64,000 bases of DNA from the IMG/VR virus record IMGVR_UViG_3300044974_001201; one strand, written 5' to 3'. This document shows positions 18,977 through 28,468 of the stretch, one piece after another. The notes beneath the pieces were generated by a model, which was not told the DNA's origin, did no database searches, and saw only the letters and a program-made list of their open reading frames with translations. The position numbers and the translations under genes were made by a program. Source of the stretch: an uncultured virus (IMG/VR IMGVR_UViG_3300044974_001201) (taxonomy: Duplodnaviria > Heunggongvirae > Uroviricota > Caudoviricetes). Position 1 is the first letter of the stretch; each line of letters begins with the position of its first letter.

Positions 18977-19238
18977 GCGGTTGACGGGATCGTACCGTTG
19001 CTGCTACGAAGGCGACCGACCGTTCGCGGATTTCTGCTGCTTCCCCGCGTTAGCCCCTCCCCGAAGCCGAGCAGCGTCAGGGGAGGGGCGGTCACAACAG
19101 CGAATCTAGAGCCGCAGCCCGACGCGCGGGCGGTACTGCGCCATGCGCTCCGTCCAGCCGTGGATGCTCTCGGGGCTCGGGCCGATCGCGGCCTTCGCGA
19201 GCTTGACCGTGTGCACACGAACGCCGCGCAGAACGCAA

Positions 19239-19829
19239 TCACAACTGCGCGAGGATGCCTTCGAGCGCGTCGTCGATTGCCTCCGCCGACGTTCGCCCGC
19301 GGCCCACGTCGCTCCACCGCTCGAACTCCCGGCTGCGGTCGTTCTCGACGGTGAGCGTCACGCGGACGCCGCCGCCACGAAGCGGCTTGACCGTCGCCCC
19401 GTAGAACTCGCCGAACGCCTTGATCTTGCGCAGGATCGCCCGCGTGGTGGCGTTGTCGCGCAACGTGAGTTCGGTTGCCTTGCTCGGGTTGCGGTAGCTC
19501 GCGCGACTCGACGGGCGCTTGCTGCACCCGCAGCCGTTCGCGTGGGCGACGCGCGGCAGTTCGGCGACGATCGACGCCATCGCGTCGTTGATCGCTTCCG
19601 CCTCCGTCGCGCCCTCGCCGTGGTCGCGCCACGTTGTCACGCGGTCGCCGATGCGACTGTGCGCAACAGCCGACACGCTCACCGTCGCGATGAAGCGCCT
19701 GCGCCCGAGTTGCCGAACGGCGACGTGCGACTCGTGCAGCGAGCCGACGGCACGCACCGCGGCGAGGATCGCGCGCCGGTAGCGATCGTCGGGCAGCGCC
19801 ATGATGCCATCGCGCGCCGCCGTAGTCAT
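19239..19829 (-). CDS. Two-domain protein with ANG/RNP basic linker
   Basis: Duplicated W.D.G.G.T.AEAI.DA motif either side of HANGCGCSKRPSSRASYRNP. Confidence 0.75.
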   Translation of the reverse strand: MTTAARDGIMALPDDRYRRAILAAVRAVGSLHESHVAVRQLGRRRFIATVSVSAVAHSRIGDRVTTWRDHGEGATEAEAINDAMASIVAELPRVAHANGCGCSKRPSSRASYRNPSKATELTLRDNATTRAILRKIKAFGEFYGATVKPLRGGGVRVTLTVENDRSREFERWSDVGRGRTSAEAIDDALEGILAQL

Positions 19830-20383
19830 CGGACGACGATCCTGCGGTCGGGGTCCGTCGCGTGCTCTCTCGCGTACGCCCTCGCTCCCTCGATGAACGT
19901 GCCGAGGTAACCCCAGAACTGCGGATGGTTCTCGTTGATGCCCGACGGGATACGCCGGTCCTTGCCAGCCGCCATCACGAAGAGGTCATCGGCGGCGACA
20001 CGGCGGGGCCTCCCGTGCTTGGCGGCGTAGGTCGCCGCCTCCGATGCCGCCTCGTATCCCGCGGACCACACACTCTCGTGAGTGCGAGCGTCGAGCGGCT
20101 TCGTGCCGCGCGTTGATGACGGGTAGAGCGGGTTGCGCGCGGACTTGCGACCGGCGCGCTGCGCTCGACCGTTCGGCATGTACGCGTACATGAACGACTC
20201 GCGGCGCGGTCGGGAGGCACTCGCGTTCTCCGCTTCCGCGAGGTCGATCGCCTTCTGCTTCGTGGCGTAGCGACGGCCGACTTGCTCGCCGGTCTGCACG
20301 TTCACGACGGCGTGCGGGCGATCGTAGGAGTAGTCGGACTCGACGACGTAGCGGGGTGGGTTGCGGGTGGCGTGGCGCGGCAT
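19826..20383 (-). CDS. Modular protein with RNP/PNG/RNP motifs
   Basis: MPRHATRNP..YMPNG..RKSARNP. Confidence 0.75.
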   Translation of the reverse strand: MPRHATRNPPRYVVESDYSYDRPHAVVNVQTGEQVGRRYATKQKAIDLAEAENASASRPRRESFMYAYMPNGRAQRAGRKSARNPLYPSSTRGTKPLDARTHESVWSAGYEAASEAATYAAKHGRPRRVAADDLFVMAAGKDRRIPSGINENHPQFWGYLGTFIEGARAYAREHATDPDRRIVVR

Positions 20384-20447
20384 GGGGCGAGAATGCCCGC
20401 AAACGTCGCGCTGCGCAAGGGGTGAGGGAGGCGAGCGAGGCGAGGTA

Positions 20448-21332
20448 TCAACCGCGCTTCGGGACGGCGTGCGGGCCGTTCGCTTCGGGGCCGAAGGCGG
20501 CGATGTGCGCGGCGACCTTACGCTTGTCGATGTCGTTCGCGCCGTCGAACGAATTGTAGAACTCGATCTCCGCCACCTCGCAGCGAACGTCGAAGTCGAC
20601 CACCACGTAGGCGCCGTCGGCGGGCGCGTCGAGGGTGACGGGCCACGGCACGCTGCGCACGTTCTCGCGGAACACGAACTCGATGCGGTTGGGGTGGCAC
20701 ATCGCGCCCTCCGCGTCGCGGCGCGTCTTCGCGTCCACCGGATCGGCGATGACGTGACCCGCGGGGCGCCACGCGATCGTGCCGTCGTCGCCACGGAGGA
20801 ACCGCGTCGGCCCCACGAAGAGGGAGCACGACGAGTTGTTGCCGGGAGGCTGGATGCGCGCTTCGCCGCCGTGCAGGAGCGCGTCGGTGAGCACGCCTTG
20901 CAGTTCGGCGACGGTCGCCGTGTCGGGCAGAACGTCGCCACCGTGCCGCGGGAACGCGAACGCCTCGCGCTTGTCGTCGATCGGAACGTGCTTCACGTCG
21001 CTCGCGGCGACGACACGGGCGATCGACGGGAACACCAGTGTGACGCCCGTGAGCAACACGGGGCACGCGCGCGACCATGCGCCGCCAGCGTACGTGTTCG
21101 TCACGTCGGTGCTGTTGTCGGGCACGTACTCGGTGCTGTAGCCCGCGCGAACCCACGGGAACCGTACCGTGTCGTCGATCCCGTGCTCGAACGCGAGCAG
21201 TTCGCGGGTGACGGGCACCAGCGAACGCGTCTCCGCGTCGAAGCGGAACCCGAACGCCAGTGCGTGGTGCTTGTGGGGCATGGACGAAACTCGATCGCTC
21301 ACGTTGAACTCCTCGCGCGAAAACGCGACCAC
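20448..21332 (-). CDS. Diverged paralogue of the candidate capsid protein at 29532-30443
   Basis: Collinear shared blocks DRVSS, AF..GIDDT..P...AGYST..VP.NS.DVT.TY.GGA, PPGNN..CS.F.G, PNR..F.F, DG...IDKRK. Confidence 0.8.
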   Translation of the reverse strand: MVAFSREEFNVSDRVSSMPHKHHALAFGFRFDAETRSLVPVTRELLAFEHGIDDTVRFPWVRAGYSTEYVPDNSTDVTNTYAGGAWSRACPVLLTGVTLVFPSIARVVAASDVKHVPIDDKREAFAFPRHGGDVLPDTATVAELQGVLTDALLHGGEARIQPPGNNSSCSLFVGPTRFLRGDDGTIAWRPAGHVIADPVDAKTRRDAEGAMCHPNRIEFVFRENVRSVPWPVTLDAPADGAYVVVDFDVRCEVAEIEFYNSFDGANDIDKRKVAAHIAAFGPEANGPHAVPKRG

Positions 21333-21426
21333 GCCGGGGCGGCGTTGATGGTTCGACGATTGCGCGCGAGGTTTATTCAGTCGGTCGTCGAGAAATCGAC
21401 GCGGAGGCGGGAGCGGGCGGAGCGGA

Positions 21427-21609
21427 CTAGCGGGCGGAGCGGCGCTTCGCGGGCTTGCGACCGGCCTTCGCGGCCTTGATCTTGCGCTCCAGCGCCTTGA
21501 TCTGGAGGCGGTGGGTCTTGCCGCCGACGATCACGGGGATCGTCTTGACGGGAACCTTCTTGGTGGACTTGCGGGCGGGCTTCTTCGCGGACTTCTTCGC
21601 ACGGGCCAT
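21427..21609 (-). CDS. Small Lys/Arg-rich histone-like protein
   Basis: MARAKKSAKKPARKSTKK..; AAGGAG RBS; strongly biased codons. Confidence 0.75.
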   Translation of the reverse strand: MARAKKSAKKPARKSTKKVPVKTIPVIVGGKTHRLQIKALERKIKAAKAGRKPAKRRSAR

Positions 21610-21735
21610 GACGTAACTCCTTGTGATCGCGATTTGCGATGCTGAGAACCCGACTCTACACGCACCCGTGAAACATATTCAACACCGACGTGAAGATTTT
21701 TTCGGCGAGTGTCGTACCATGTCCACGAGAACCAA

Positions 21736-22509
21736 ATGCGCCACTCGATCGCCTCGATCATTTTCGCCGTCGCGTGCTCACTCCCGAGCGTCGCCCACGC
21801 CGTCAATCCTACGATCGCGGAGCGTATCGGCGCTGCGATGGCCGAGTCGCGGTACGCCGACGCCGTGACGTTGATCGACGAACTGGAACGCGCGAGCGGG
21901 CCGTCGCTGCGGTCGCGGTGGGCACGCGCGCAGGCGCTTCTTCTCGGCGAGCGCAACGCCGACGCGAACACGGCGGCGGGCGTGTGCCTCGACACGGCGG
22001 CGCACTCGACGGAGGCGTTCGCCGCGACGGCGCGTACCGACTGCGAGCGCATCCGTGACCGTGCGCGAGCGGCCCTGAGTGCCGCGGTGCCCGTCGCGCC
22101 GGTTCCGCCGCCCGTGGCAGCGCCGCCGACGGTCGCAGCGGTGGCACCCGTGCGCCGCGTGGTGGCGGTCACGCCGCCCCGCAGTCTCGCCCCGACGACG
22201 CCCGCGGTGGCACTGCTCTCCGTCGGTGCCGCGTCACTCGCCGCGAGCGTGGTGTTCGGTGTGCTCGCGAACGACGCGACCTCCGACTGCACGGTGCAGA
22301 ACGACGTGGCGACGTGCGCCACGCAAGAGGGCCTCGCGCGGGCGCGCACCTCGACGGACTACGCCACGGGCGCGAACGTCGCGCTCGGCGTCGGGCTCGG
22401 CGCCGTCGGTGCGGGCGCCGCGTGGTGGATCGCGACTGCGCTCCGCTCGCCTACGCCCGTGGTGGTGAGCGTGTCGGCCGACGGCGTGGTCGTCGCGGGC
22501 CGCTTCTGA
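21736..22509 (+). CDS. Exported TPR-like protein of myxobacterial PEGA-family architecture
   Basis: Signal peptide (..SVAHA), helical repeats, Pro linker, two hydrophobic segments, C-terminal VVVAGRF. Confidence 0.7.
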   Translation: MRHSIASIIFAVACSLPSVAHAVNPTIAERIGAAMAESRYADAVTLIDELERASGPSLRSRWARAQALLLGERNADANTAAGVCLDTAAHSTEAFAATARTDCERIRDRARAALSAAVPVAPVPPPVAAPPTVAAVAPVRRVVAVTPPRSLAPTTPAVALLSVGAASLAASVVFGVLANDATSDCTVQNDVATCATQEGLARARTSTDYATGANVALGVGLGAVGAGAAWWIATALRSPTPVVVSVSADGVVVAGRF

Positions 22510-22561
22510 AAATCGACGCGGCTCCGTAAAGAACTGCGGAGCGTCGGGCGTAGAAGTGGGC

Positions 22562-22864
22562 ATGAACACCAAGCCGCTCCCGCCCGTAGGCACCGACGTG
22601 ATGGTTCGCGACTCCGACGGAACGATCGTGCGCTGCGTCGTTACGGAGTCAAGCATCGGCCCCGCGAGCATCGCGCAACGCGGTTACGGCGATCGCAGCC
22701 GCCGCATCTCGGTACGCGGCGCCGTCGACCCGACGTTCCGCGTCGGCGGGATCATTCACCGCGACGAGAACGTCTACGGCGCGAGCGTCTGGTACTTCGA
22801 GTGCGACGCGAGCGCCGAACCCGCGGCGGAGCCCGCGTGCGACGCGGGGAAGGAGGCATCGTGA
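22562..22864 (+). CDS. Hypothetical protein
   Basis: Promoter repeat upstream. Confidence 0.65.
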   Translation: MNTKPLPPVGTDVMVRDSDGTIVRCVVTESSIGPASIAQRGYGDRSRRISVRGAVDPTFRVGGIIHRDENVYGASVWYFECDASAEPAAEPACDAGKEAS

Positions 22865-23250
22865 GCACCGCCGCCGCAATCATCGCCGCTGTTGCGGCGC
22901 GCGGGTCGAACCCGCACGACCTTCGGGACGCCGCCCACGAGGCGTGCCACGGCATCGAACTCGCGCTGCCCGAGTGGGACCGCGAGAGCGTGCACTACGC
23001 CTTGATGGACGTGCGTCCCGGCGACCGCGTGGCGATGGAGTGCCGCGCTCGCGCCGTCGAGCAAATCGTCTGTGCGCGACTCGGCGTGGCGACGGCGCCG
23101 ATCGAGACGTGGGCGTTCTTGACCTCGATGGAGGCGCTCAAGAACCGCATGGACGTTCCCATCGACGTGATCGTCGAAGGCACGCGCAAGCGCCTCGACT
23201 GCCCGCAGACACTCGCGCTCGCGGAGCGCATTCTCGCACTGGAGTTCTAG
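22861..23250 (+). CDS. Small HExxH-containing protein
   Basis: AAHEACHG followed by a downstream E; AAGGAGG RBS. Confidence 0.65.
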   Translation: MSTAAAIIAAVAARGSNPHDLRDAAHEACHGIELALPEWDRESVHYALMDVRPGDRVAMECRARAVEQIVCARLGVATAPIETWAFLTSMEALKNRMDVPIDVIVEGTRKRLDCPQTLALAERILALEF

Positions 23251-23259
23251 GAGAACGAC

Positions 23260-23538
23260 GTGAACCTCGACCTAACCGACACCCCAACGATGCCGCCCGT
23301 GCGGGCGTACGTGCGCTTCTGCGCCGCCATCATGCCCGCCCGGTGGGGCGCGTCGAGGCAGCGGTGGCGCCGTGCTCGCGGCGGGCGATGGTCGCGCAAC
23401 CTCTCGGGCCGCTGGCGCGAGGTGCGCGCGTGCCCCGGACTTCTGCAACACGAACTCGCGGGCGGCAACGTTCCCGACGACGTGTGCTGGGACGACGATC
23501 AGGGCAACGGCGCGTGCTTCTGCGAGGCGTGGTCGTGA
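23260..23538 (+). CDS. Hypothetical protein
   Basis: AGGAG RBS; coupled to neighbouring ORFs. Confidence 0.45.
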   Translation: MNLDLTDTPTMPPVRAYVRFCAAIMPARWGASRQRWRRARGGRWSRNLSGRWREVRACPGLLQHELAGGNVPDDVCWDDDQGNGACFCEAWS

Positions 23539-23798
23539 GCCGCGGTGGCAGAATGCGCCCGCCGAACTTCGACCGCGAGGCGGCGCTTCGGGACGCACGC
23601 GCTCGGTGGGGCGACGGGGGAATGGCGCTCGACCTCGGACCGTCGGAGCCCGCGCGGCGCTACGCCGTGGGCGTCCGGTACACGCTGCACGGTCGCCCGC
23701 TGGTGACCATCGCGTACGGGCGCGGTGCGACGTGGGAGGCGGCGTTCCGCGACTGCGCCACGTCGGGGATCGAGCCGGAGCATCGCCGATTGTCGTGA
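23535..23798 (+). CDS. Hypothetical protein
   Basis: GTGA coupling; G.GATWEAAF motif. Confidence 0.5.
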   Translation: MSRGGRMRPPNFDREAALRDARARWGDGGMALDLGPSEPARRYAVGVRYTLHGRPLVTIAYGRGATWEAAFRDCATSGIEPEHRRLS

Positions 23799-23874
23799 AT
23801 ATCTAATACGTTACAGACGTAGACTACGTTTGCGAGTTGAAAACTCGACGCGCAATCACGTAAAGGTACGGCCT

Positions 23875-24642
23875 ATGACGGAACCGACTGTCGCGAAACT
23901 CATCCGCAAGACACTGCCGATTCTTCAAGAGTCGCCGATGCTCGCTCCGAGCGAGAAGGTTCTATCCTCCAACCGCGTCGCCGGAGCGACTGTCAACGTT
24001 CCGATCGCAGGTACGTGTCAGCCGAGTAAGCTCTGTATCCGCGACTGCTACGCCGGTAACAACAGCCAATCGTGGCCGTCTTCGCTCCGAAAACAGTCTC
24101 GCACACAACGCACGATGGATGCCGACCCGGTGGCGTTCGCAGAGCGGATCATCAGAGAGTACGACAAGGGCAAGCTCCCGTATCTGAGGTGGAACGGCGT
24201 AGGCGACCTCACCCCGTCAGCGGTGGTCGCGATCAACCGCATCATCGCGACGCGGCCCGACATCACGCTCTGGATCGTCACGCGCATCCCTGCGCTCGCC
24301 GCACAAATCGATCACGGGGAAAACGCGCACGTACACTTCTCGCTCGACAAAACGTCGCTGGATCGGAAGGACGCATTCCTCGCGAACTCCCCGAAGAGCC
24401 GGAACTACTTCTTTAGCTACCAGTGCGAGAAGAACGAAGTCCCGCCGCCCGGTGCGACGCTCGGCGTCTCGGTGATCTTCTACAAGCGATACACTCCGAC
24501 GACCGGCAGCGACATCTCCGATCCCGCCGTCTGCCCGCTCAACACCCTCACAGACTGCACCGGGGCGTGCGACGCCTGCCGCCGATGCTTCAACGGGGAC
24601 GCCGAGGCGATGCGACGGGGATACGAGGCTGGTATCCCGTAG
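23875..24642 (+). CDS. GP88-like (radical-SAM-related, Cys-rich) phage protein
   Basis: TC.....C...CYA, YLRWNGVGDL, LWIVTR, CP......C...C..CRRCF. Confidence 0.7.
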   Translation: MTEPTVAKLIRKTLPILQESPMLAPSEKVLSSNRVAGATVNVPIAGTCQPSKLCIRDCYAGNNSQSWPSSLRKQSRTQRTMDADPVAFAERIIREYDKGKLPYLRWNGVGDLTPSAVVAINRIIATRPDITLWIVTRIPALAAQIDHGENAHVHFSLDKTSLDRKDAFLANSPKSRNYFFSYQCEKNEVPPPGATLGVSVIFYKRYTPTTGSDISDPAVCPLNTLTDCTGACDACRRCFNGDAEAMRRGYEAGIP

Positions 24643-24771
24643 TATTTCCCGCGGGCGTCACTTAACAGTGTCGCACGCTGTCTATTCTGCGTCTCCAGCC
24701 GAGCCGACTTCTCGCATCGGGTGAATGTTCTCGGCGGACACAACGTCGGGTGTGTGTTAGGTTTTCACCAC

Positions 24772-25144
24772 GGGGTCGAAAGGTTTCGACTGGGCAGCGA
24801 CGACGATTGAGGTGCAGCCGTTGAGTTCGCGCACAACGTAAACACGCGCGGAAGCCTCAAATGCGAACGATAACTTCGTTCCCGCCTTCGCCGCCGCTGC
24901 CTGAGAGCGACCCGCGAAAGCCTCTCCGATCGTCACCCCGCTCATGGTGACCCGGAGTGCAAATAAAGTGAGCTAGGCCGCGACGCCGCCGACGGGCGCC
25001 GCAGATGAAAACCTAACAGTCGAGCCGATCGTGTTGAGCCTGCCAGTGGGCGCGACGCGGTAGCTGATAAACCACTGGAAACGCTGCAAATGCTCTGACT
25101 CTTAGTTGTGCAGGACCGGGGTTCGATTCCCCGCGACTCCACCA
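24772..25144 (+). ncRNA. ssrA: tmRNA (one-piece), tag peptide (A)ANDNFVPAFAAAA
   Basis: 5' GGGGTCGAAAGGTTTCGAC pairs with 3' CGACTCCACCA including the G3.U alanyl determinant; T-arm GGGGTTCGATTCCCC; tag ORF 24863-24904. Confidence 0.97.
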
Positions 25145-25191
25145 GTTCGCTTCGGCGAACGACAAGCCAAGTTCCGCAGTTCTTGGGGCAT

Positions 25192-25227
25192 CGGGCGTCG
25201 AACGTTTCGGCGCCCGTTGTTTATTTG
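25192..25227 (+). terminator. Probable intrinsic terminator downstream of tmRNA
   Basis: GGGCGTCGAA-cgt-TTCGGCGCCC hairpin followed by GTTGTTTATTT. Confidence 0.55.
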
Positions 25228-25291
25228 GCCTCCGCAAGAAATCGGCGACGCCGCGCAAGATCACCAACGCGGGCGACGTAGAAGAGGCACC

Positions 25292-25513
25292 ATGCACAAC
25301 GAACTCAAGCATCGCCGCAACGACGAACTCGCCGCCATCGCGGCCCGCGCCCTTCTCGACGTGCTCGACGGCGCCCACGCCGACGACGTAGAAGGGTTCA
25401 CAGGCTTCGACGCGGCGACCAGCGCGCGCATCGTCGCGATCCGCGAAGAACTCTCCCGTCGCCTCGAAGCGCGCGTGATCGTGCTCCCGAACCTCGACGG
25501 GAGCGCGGCGTGA
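25292..25513 (+). CDS. Hypothetical protein
   Basis: Promoter repeat upstream. Confidence 0.65.
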   Translation: MHNELKHRRNDELAAIAARALLDVLDGAHADDVEGFTGFDAATSARIVAIREELSRRLEARVIVLPNLDGSAA

Positions 25514-25749
25514 ACAAGATCCACGTCGTCTGCCCGTTCTGCCAGCGCGTCGTCCGCGCTCAGAACATGATGGGCAAGCCACTCCGCGCGAAGGGCGACC
25601 CCTACGGTCGCTACCGCGCAACGAACCACGGGCCGAAGGGCGCCTACTGCACGGGCAGCGGCAAGGCCGCGACGAGCACGTCGAACGTCGCGCTCACCGA
25701 CGCGCACAAGGCGCAAATCGAAGCGATCCAGAAGGCAGGCAAATGGTGA
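25510..25749 (+). CDS. Small Zn-ribbon protein
   Basis: CPFC..H..CTGSG. Confidence 0.7.
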   Translation: MNKIHVVCPFCQRVVRAQNMMGKPLRAKGDPYGRYRATNHGPKGAYCTGSGKAATSTSNVALTDAHKAQIEAIQKAGKW

Positions 25750-26231
25750 CCACCGCACTCCAGCAACAGGTTCTCGACGCCGCCCTCGCGCTCGCGCTCG
25801 CCGACGATGCGGACGCCCCGGTGACCGACGACGTAGCCCTCGCGCGACTGATCGCGTTCGGCGACGTGCTGCGGGCGTTCGCGGGCGAGTCGCCGTTCCC
25901 CACGCCGTCTACGATACGCGTGTGGGTCAAGGACTGCGACGCGAACGTTCTCGCACGGGCCGTCGCGATGCACACGGCGGCGCTCGCGGGCCTCCCCGCG
26001 CGGCACGTCGGCGAGGGCATCAAGCGCGGGTTGCTGGTGCGCGACCAAGCATGGAGCATTCACTGCGCGATGCGCTGGCGCCACGTCCTGACGACGCTCG
26101 ATCGGACGCTCGACCGCGCGCTGGATGGCCTCGACGATGCCATGATCCGGTACGACGCCGCGCTGCGGAAGAACGGCGTCGGCCCGAGGATGATCGCGAC
26201 GCTTCTCGGCGACCGCGCGAGGTTGTCGTGA
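25743..26231 (+). CDS. Hypothetical protein
   Basis: Coupled ORF within the operon. Confidence 0.6.
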   Translation: MVTTALQQQVLDAALALALADDADAPVTDDVALARLIAFGDVLRAFAGESPFPTPSTIRVWVKDCDANVLARAVAMHTAALAGLPARHVGEGIKRGLLVRDQAWSIHCAMRWRHVLTTLDRTLDRALDGLDDAMIRYDAALRKNGVGPRMIATLLGDRARLS

Positions 26232-26458
26232 CGAACGATGACTCCGCACGCAGCCTCCGCACCGTAGTCGACCGCGGGCTCGCGCGGTACTGCGGCATGG
26301 TGTGGAACGCTGGCGTGGCGCGCAAGGCGCACGAGCGCATCCGATGCCACGTCGCGATTGCGAAGGGAAACGTCGCTTGGCGACCGCTCACCAACGGCAA
26401 ATGTCGCATGAATCGACTCTGCGGTAAGTGCGGCGATGGCGCGGTCGTTTCGCCGTAA
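26228..26458 (+). CDS. Small Cys-rich protein
   Basis: GTGA coupling; C..LCGKC. Confidence 0.45.
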   Translation: MTNDDSARSLRTVVDRGLARYCGMVWNAGVARKAHERIRCHVAIAKGNVAWRPLTNGKCRMNRLCGKCGDGAVVSP

Positions 26459-26492
26459 AGAATCGGTCGCCCCGCGCCGTACAAGAGGCACT

Positions 26493-26792
26493 ATGAACGC
26501 CGACACCGCACACGACCTTCGCACCGTAGGCGCTCGCGTGAGCCGCGACGGCGCAACGTGGAACATCGTCTCGACCGATCGCCACGCGCGAGTGCTCGCC
26601 ACCATCCGCGGCAATCGCGGCGCGTACGTCGCGACCGTGCAGTTGCCCGACGGCGGCACCGCCGAGACGCCGACCTACAAGCGCCACGACGACGCGGTAG
26701 ACGCCGCCATCGCTCCGTGGATCGGCGCCGAACGCGGCGAGCGGTGGGCGTTCCCGGCGCCCAACGCGAACGATTGGATGCACGCGCCGTGA
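26493..26792 (+). CDS. Hypothetical protein
   Basis: Promoter repeat upstream. Confidence 0.65.
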   Translation: MNADTAHDLRTVGARVSRDGATWNIVSTDRHARVLATIRGNRGAYVATVQLPDGGTAETPTYKRHDDAVDAAIAPWIGAERGERWAFPAPNANDWMHAP

Positions 26793-27007
26793 GCAAGCGA
26801 ACGATCGGCGACCCGCAGAACATCGGGCGGCTCACGCCCGCGGAGCACGCGATGAACATGAGCGCGGCGTGGCTCGGCGAGCACAACGAGGCGGAGGCCG
26901 TCGGCAACGCGAAGCGTGCAGCGGAGGCGTACCGCAAGTCGTCGTGGTGGCTCGCGCGCTACAACGACCTCGTAGGCAACGGCGAAGGCAAGAGGATGGG
27001 GCGATGA
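26789..27007 (+). CDS. Hypothetical protein
   Basis: GTGA/ATGA coupling. Confidence 0.6.
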   Translation: MSKRTIGDPQNIGRLTPAEHAMNMSAAWLGEHNEAEAVGNAKRAAEAYRKSSWWLARYNDLVGNGEGKRMGR

Positions 27008-27621
27008 GCAAGCGAACGATCGCGGAACTGCAATGGAACAAGGCGGGGCTCGCCCCGTGCGATCACGCGTGGGCCATGCGCCGCGCGTACTTCGACGAAC
27101 GCGACCGCTTGCTCGCGAAGGGCAAGCGCAAGGCGTCGGACGCCGCGGACGCGCACGGCATCGAGTGGCTCCGCGAGTGGGAGCGTCTCGTGCGAGCGCG
27201 CCACGGGGTGCGCGACCTCACGATGCGGAGCGGGCTCGCGTGCGACACCGTGTGGGTCGGCACTGCGGCGAACGGCGACAAGGCGATCTATCGCTACTAC
27301 ATCGACGGGAGCGCCGAGGAGGGCTTCGCGATCCACACGCTCGCGGAGAATTTTCTGAGCCGCATCGCGCTCGAAAACGCTCGCACGGGACTGCAAGGAT
27401 ACGAACTCTCGGGTGAGTCGACGGTGACGTTCACCGTCGCCCGCAAGCGCGAGGTGAAGCGCGACGGGCGGTACGTGCTCGAAGACACCGGCTACCGCGA
27501 GACGCAGTGGGACTTCGGTTCCGCGTGGAACGTCAAGGTCACCGTCAAGCGGCCCGAAATCGTCGGCGACGCACTCGTCCGCGAGCAAGAGGCGTGGCGC
27601 GCGAAACTGGAGGCGACGTGA
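27004..27621 (+). CDS. Hypothetical protein
   Basis: ATGA coupling; protein-like composition. Confidence 0.7.
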   Translation: MSKRTIAELQWNKAGLAPCDHAWAMRRAYFDERDRLLAKGKRKASDAADAHGIEWLREWERLVRARHGVRDLTMRSGLACDTVWVGTAANGDKAIYRYYIDGSAEEGFAIHTLAENFLSRIALENARTGLQGYELSGESTVTFTVARKREVKRDGRYVLEDTGYRETQWDFGSAWNVKVTVKRPEIVGDALVREQEAWRAKLEAT

Positions 27622-27911
27622 AAACGTGGCACGTCGAGGCCGTCGTCGTCGCCGTGGTGCTCGCCGCGGTCGTGCTCTCCGACCGTCTCGCGGAGCGGAA
27701 GGCATCGCGCGCCTTGCCCACCGTGTCTTACCACAAGTGGATCGTGCGGTACTTCGTGATGCGCGAGGCCGCGTGGTTCGCGTATTTCGTCACGGGACGT
27801 TGCTGGTCCGCGCTGGTCGGGTGCGCGTTGTTTCTGGCCTACCCCGCGTGGCGGCGGTGGTGGCGCGCGAGGCACCCGCTCGCGGCGGAGGAAATCGGCG
27901 GGGCGGCGTAA
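27618..27911 (+). CDS. Small membrane protein
   Basis: Hydrophobic segments; GGAGG RBS. Confidence 0.6.
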   Translation: MKTWHVEAVVVAVVLAAVVLSDRLAERKASRALPTVSYHKWIVRYFVMREAAWFAYFVTGRCWSALVGCALFLAYPAWRRWWRARHPLAAEEIGGAA

Positions 27912-27944
27912 GGTTCACTACGCGGGAGGCGTAGAATGCCCACC

Positions 27945-28463
27945 ATGTTCAAGCACCTCACCATCATCGCTCTCGTCGCCGGGTGCAACGCGCCCGACGC
28001 CTTCGTGCTCTCAGCCGTCACCTCGCCCGACGCCGCCCCGAACGACGCACGCGGCGACGCGGACGTCCGCGACGGCGCGGACGATGCCGCGCCCGCCGAT
28101 GCCGCGCAGCCCGACGTGGTGCTCGCGGACGACGCCAGCAACGATGCCGACGTGACCGAGACGGCGGTGGCCGACGCCGACGTGCAGGTTGCCGACGCGA
28201 CGGACGACGCCAGCGACGCCTCCGCGGGCGACGTGGCGCTCGACGCGGGCGACGCTGCGGTGGATGCCAGCGACGCGGTGGACGCGCCCGCAGACGTGGA
28301 CGTGTTCGCCGTCTGCGAGCGCATCTCTACGATCGCGGAGTGCACCGCCGTGCGGTACGCCGACGGGACCGGGTGTGGGTGGTGCGTGGGGATCGACCGC
28401 TGCGTTTTCGGAAGGCGAATCGGTCCGCGCAGCGATTCGTGCGGGAAGGCGTGGGTGTGGTGA
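27945..28463 (+). CDS. Lipoprotein with Asp-Ala-rich linker and Cys-rich (PSI-like) C-terminus
   Basis: Lipobox LVAGC; DA/DAG repeats; GCGWC motif. Confidence 0.7.
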   Translation: MFKHLTIIALVAGCNAPDAFVLSAVTSPDAAPNDARGDADVRDGADDAAPADAAQPDVVLADDASNDADVTETAVADADVQVADATDDASDASAGDVALDAGDAAVDASDAVDAPADVDVFAVCERISTIAECTAVRYADGTGCGWCVGIDRCVFGRRIGPRSDSCGKAWVW

Positions 28464-28468
28464 CCGGA

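Noticed and set aside
25100..25144. Stand-alone tRNA gene
   Set aside because: The T-arm and CCA are the 3' tRNA-like domain of the tmRNA
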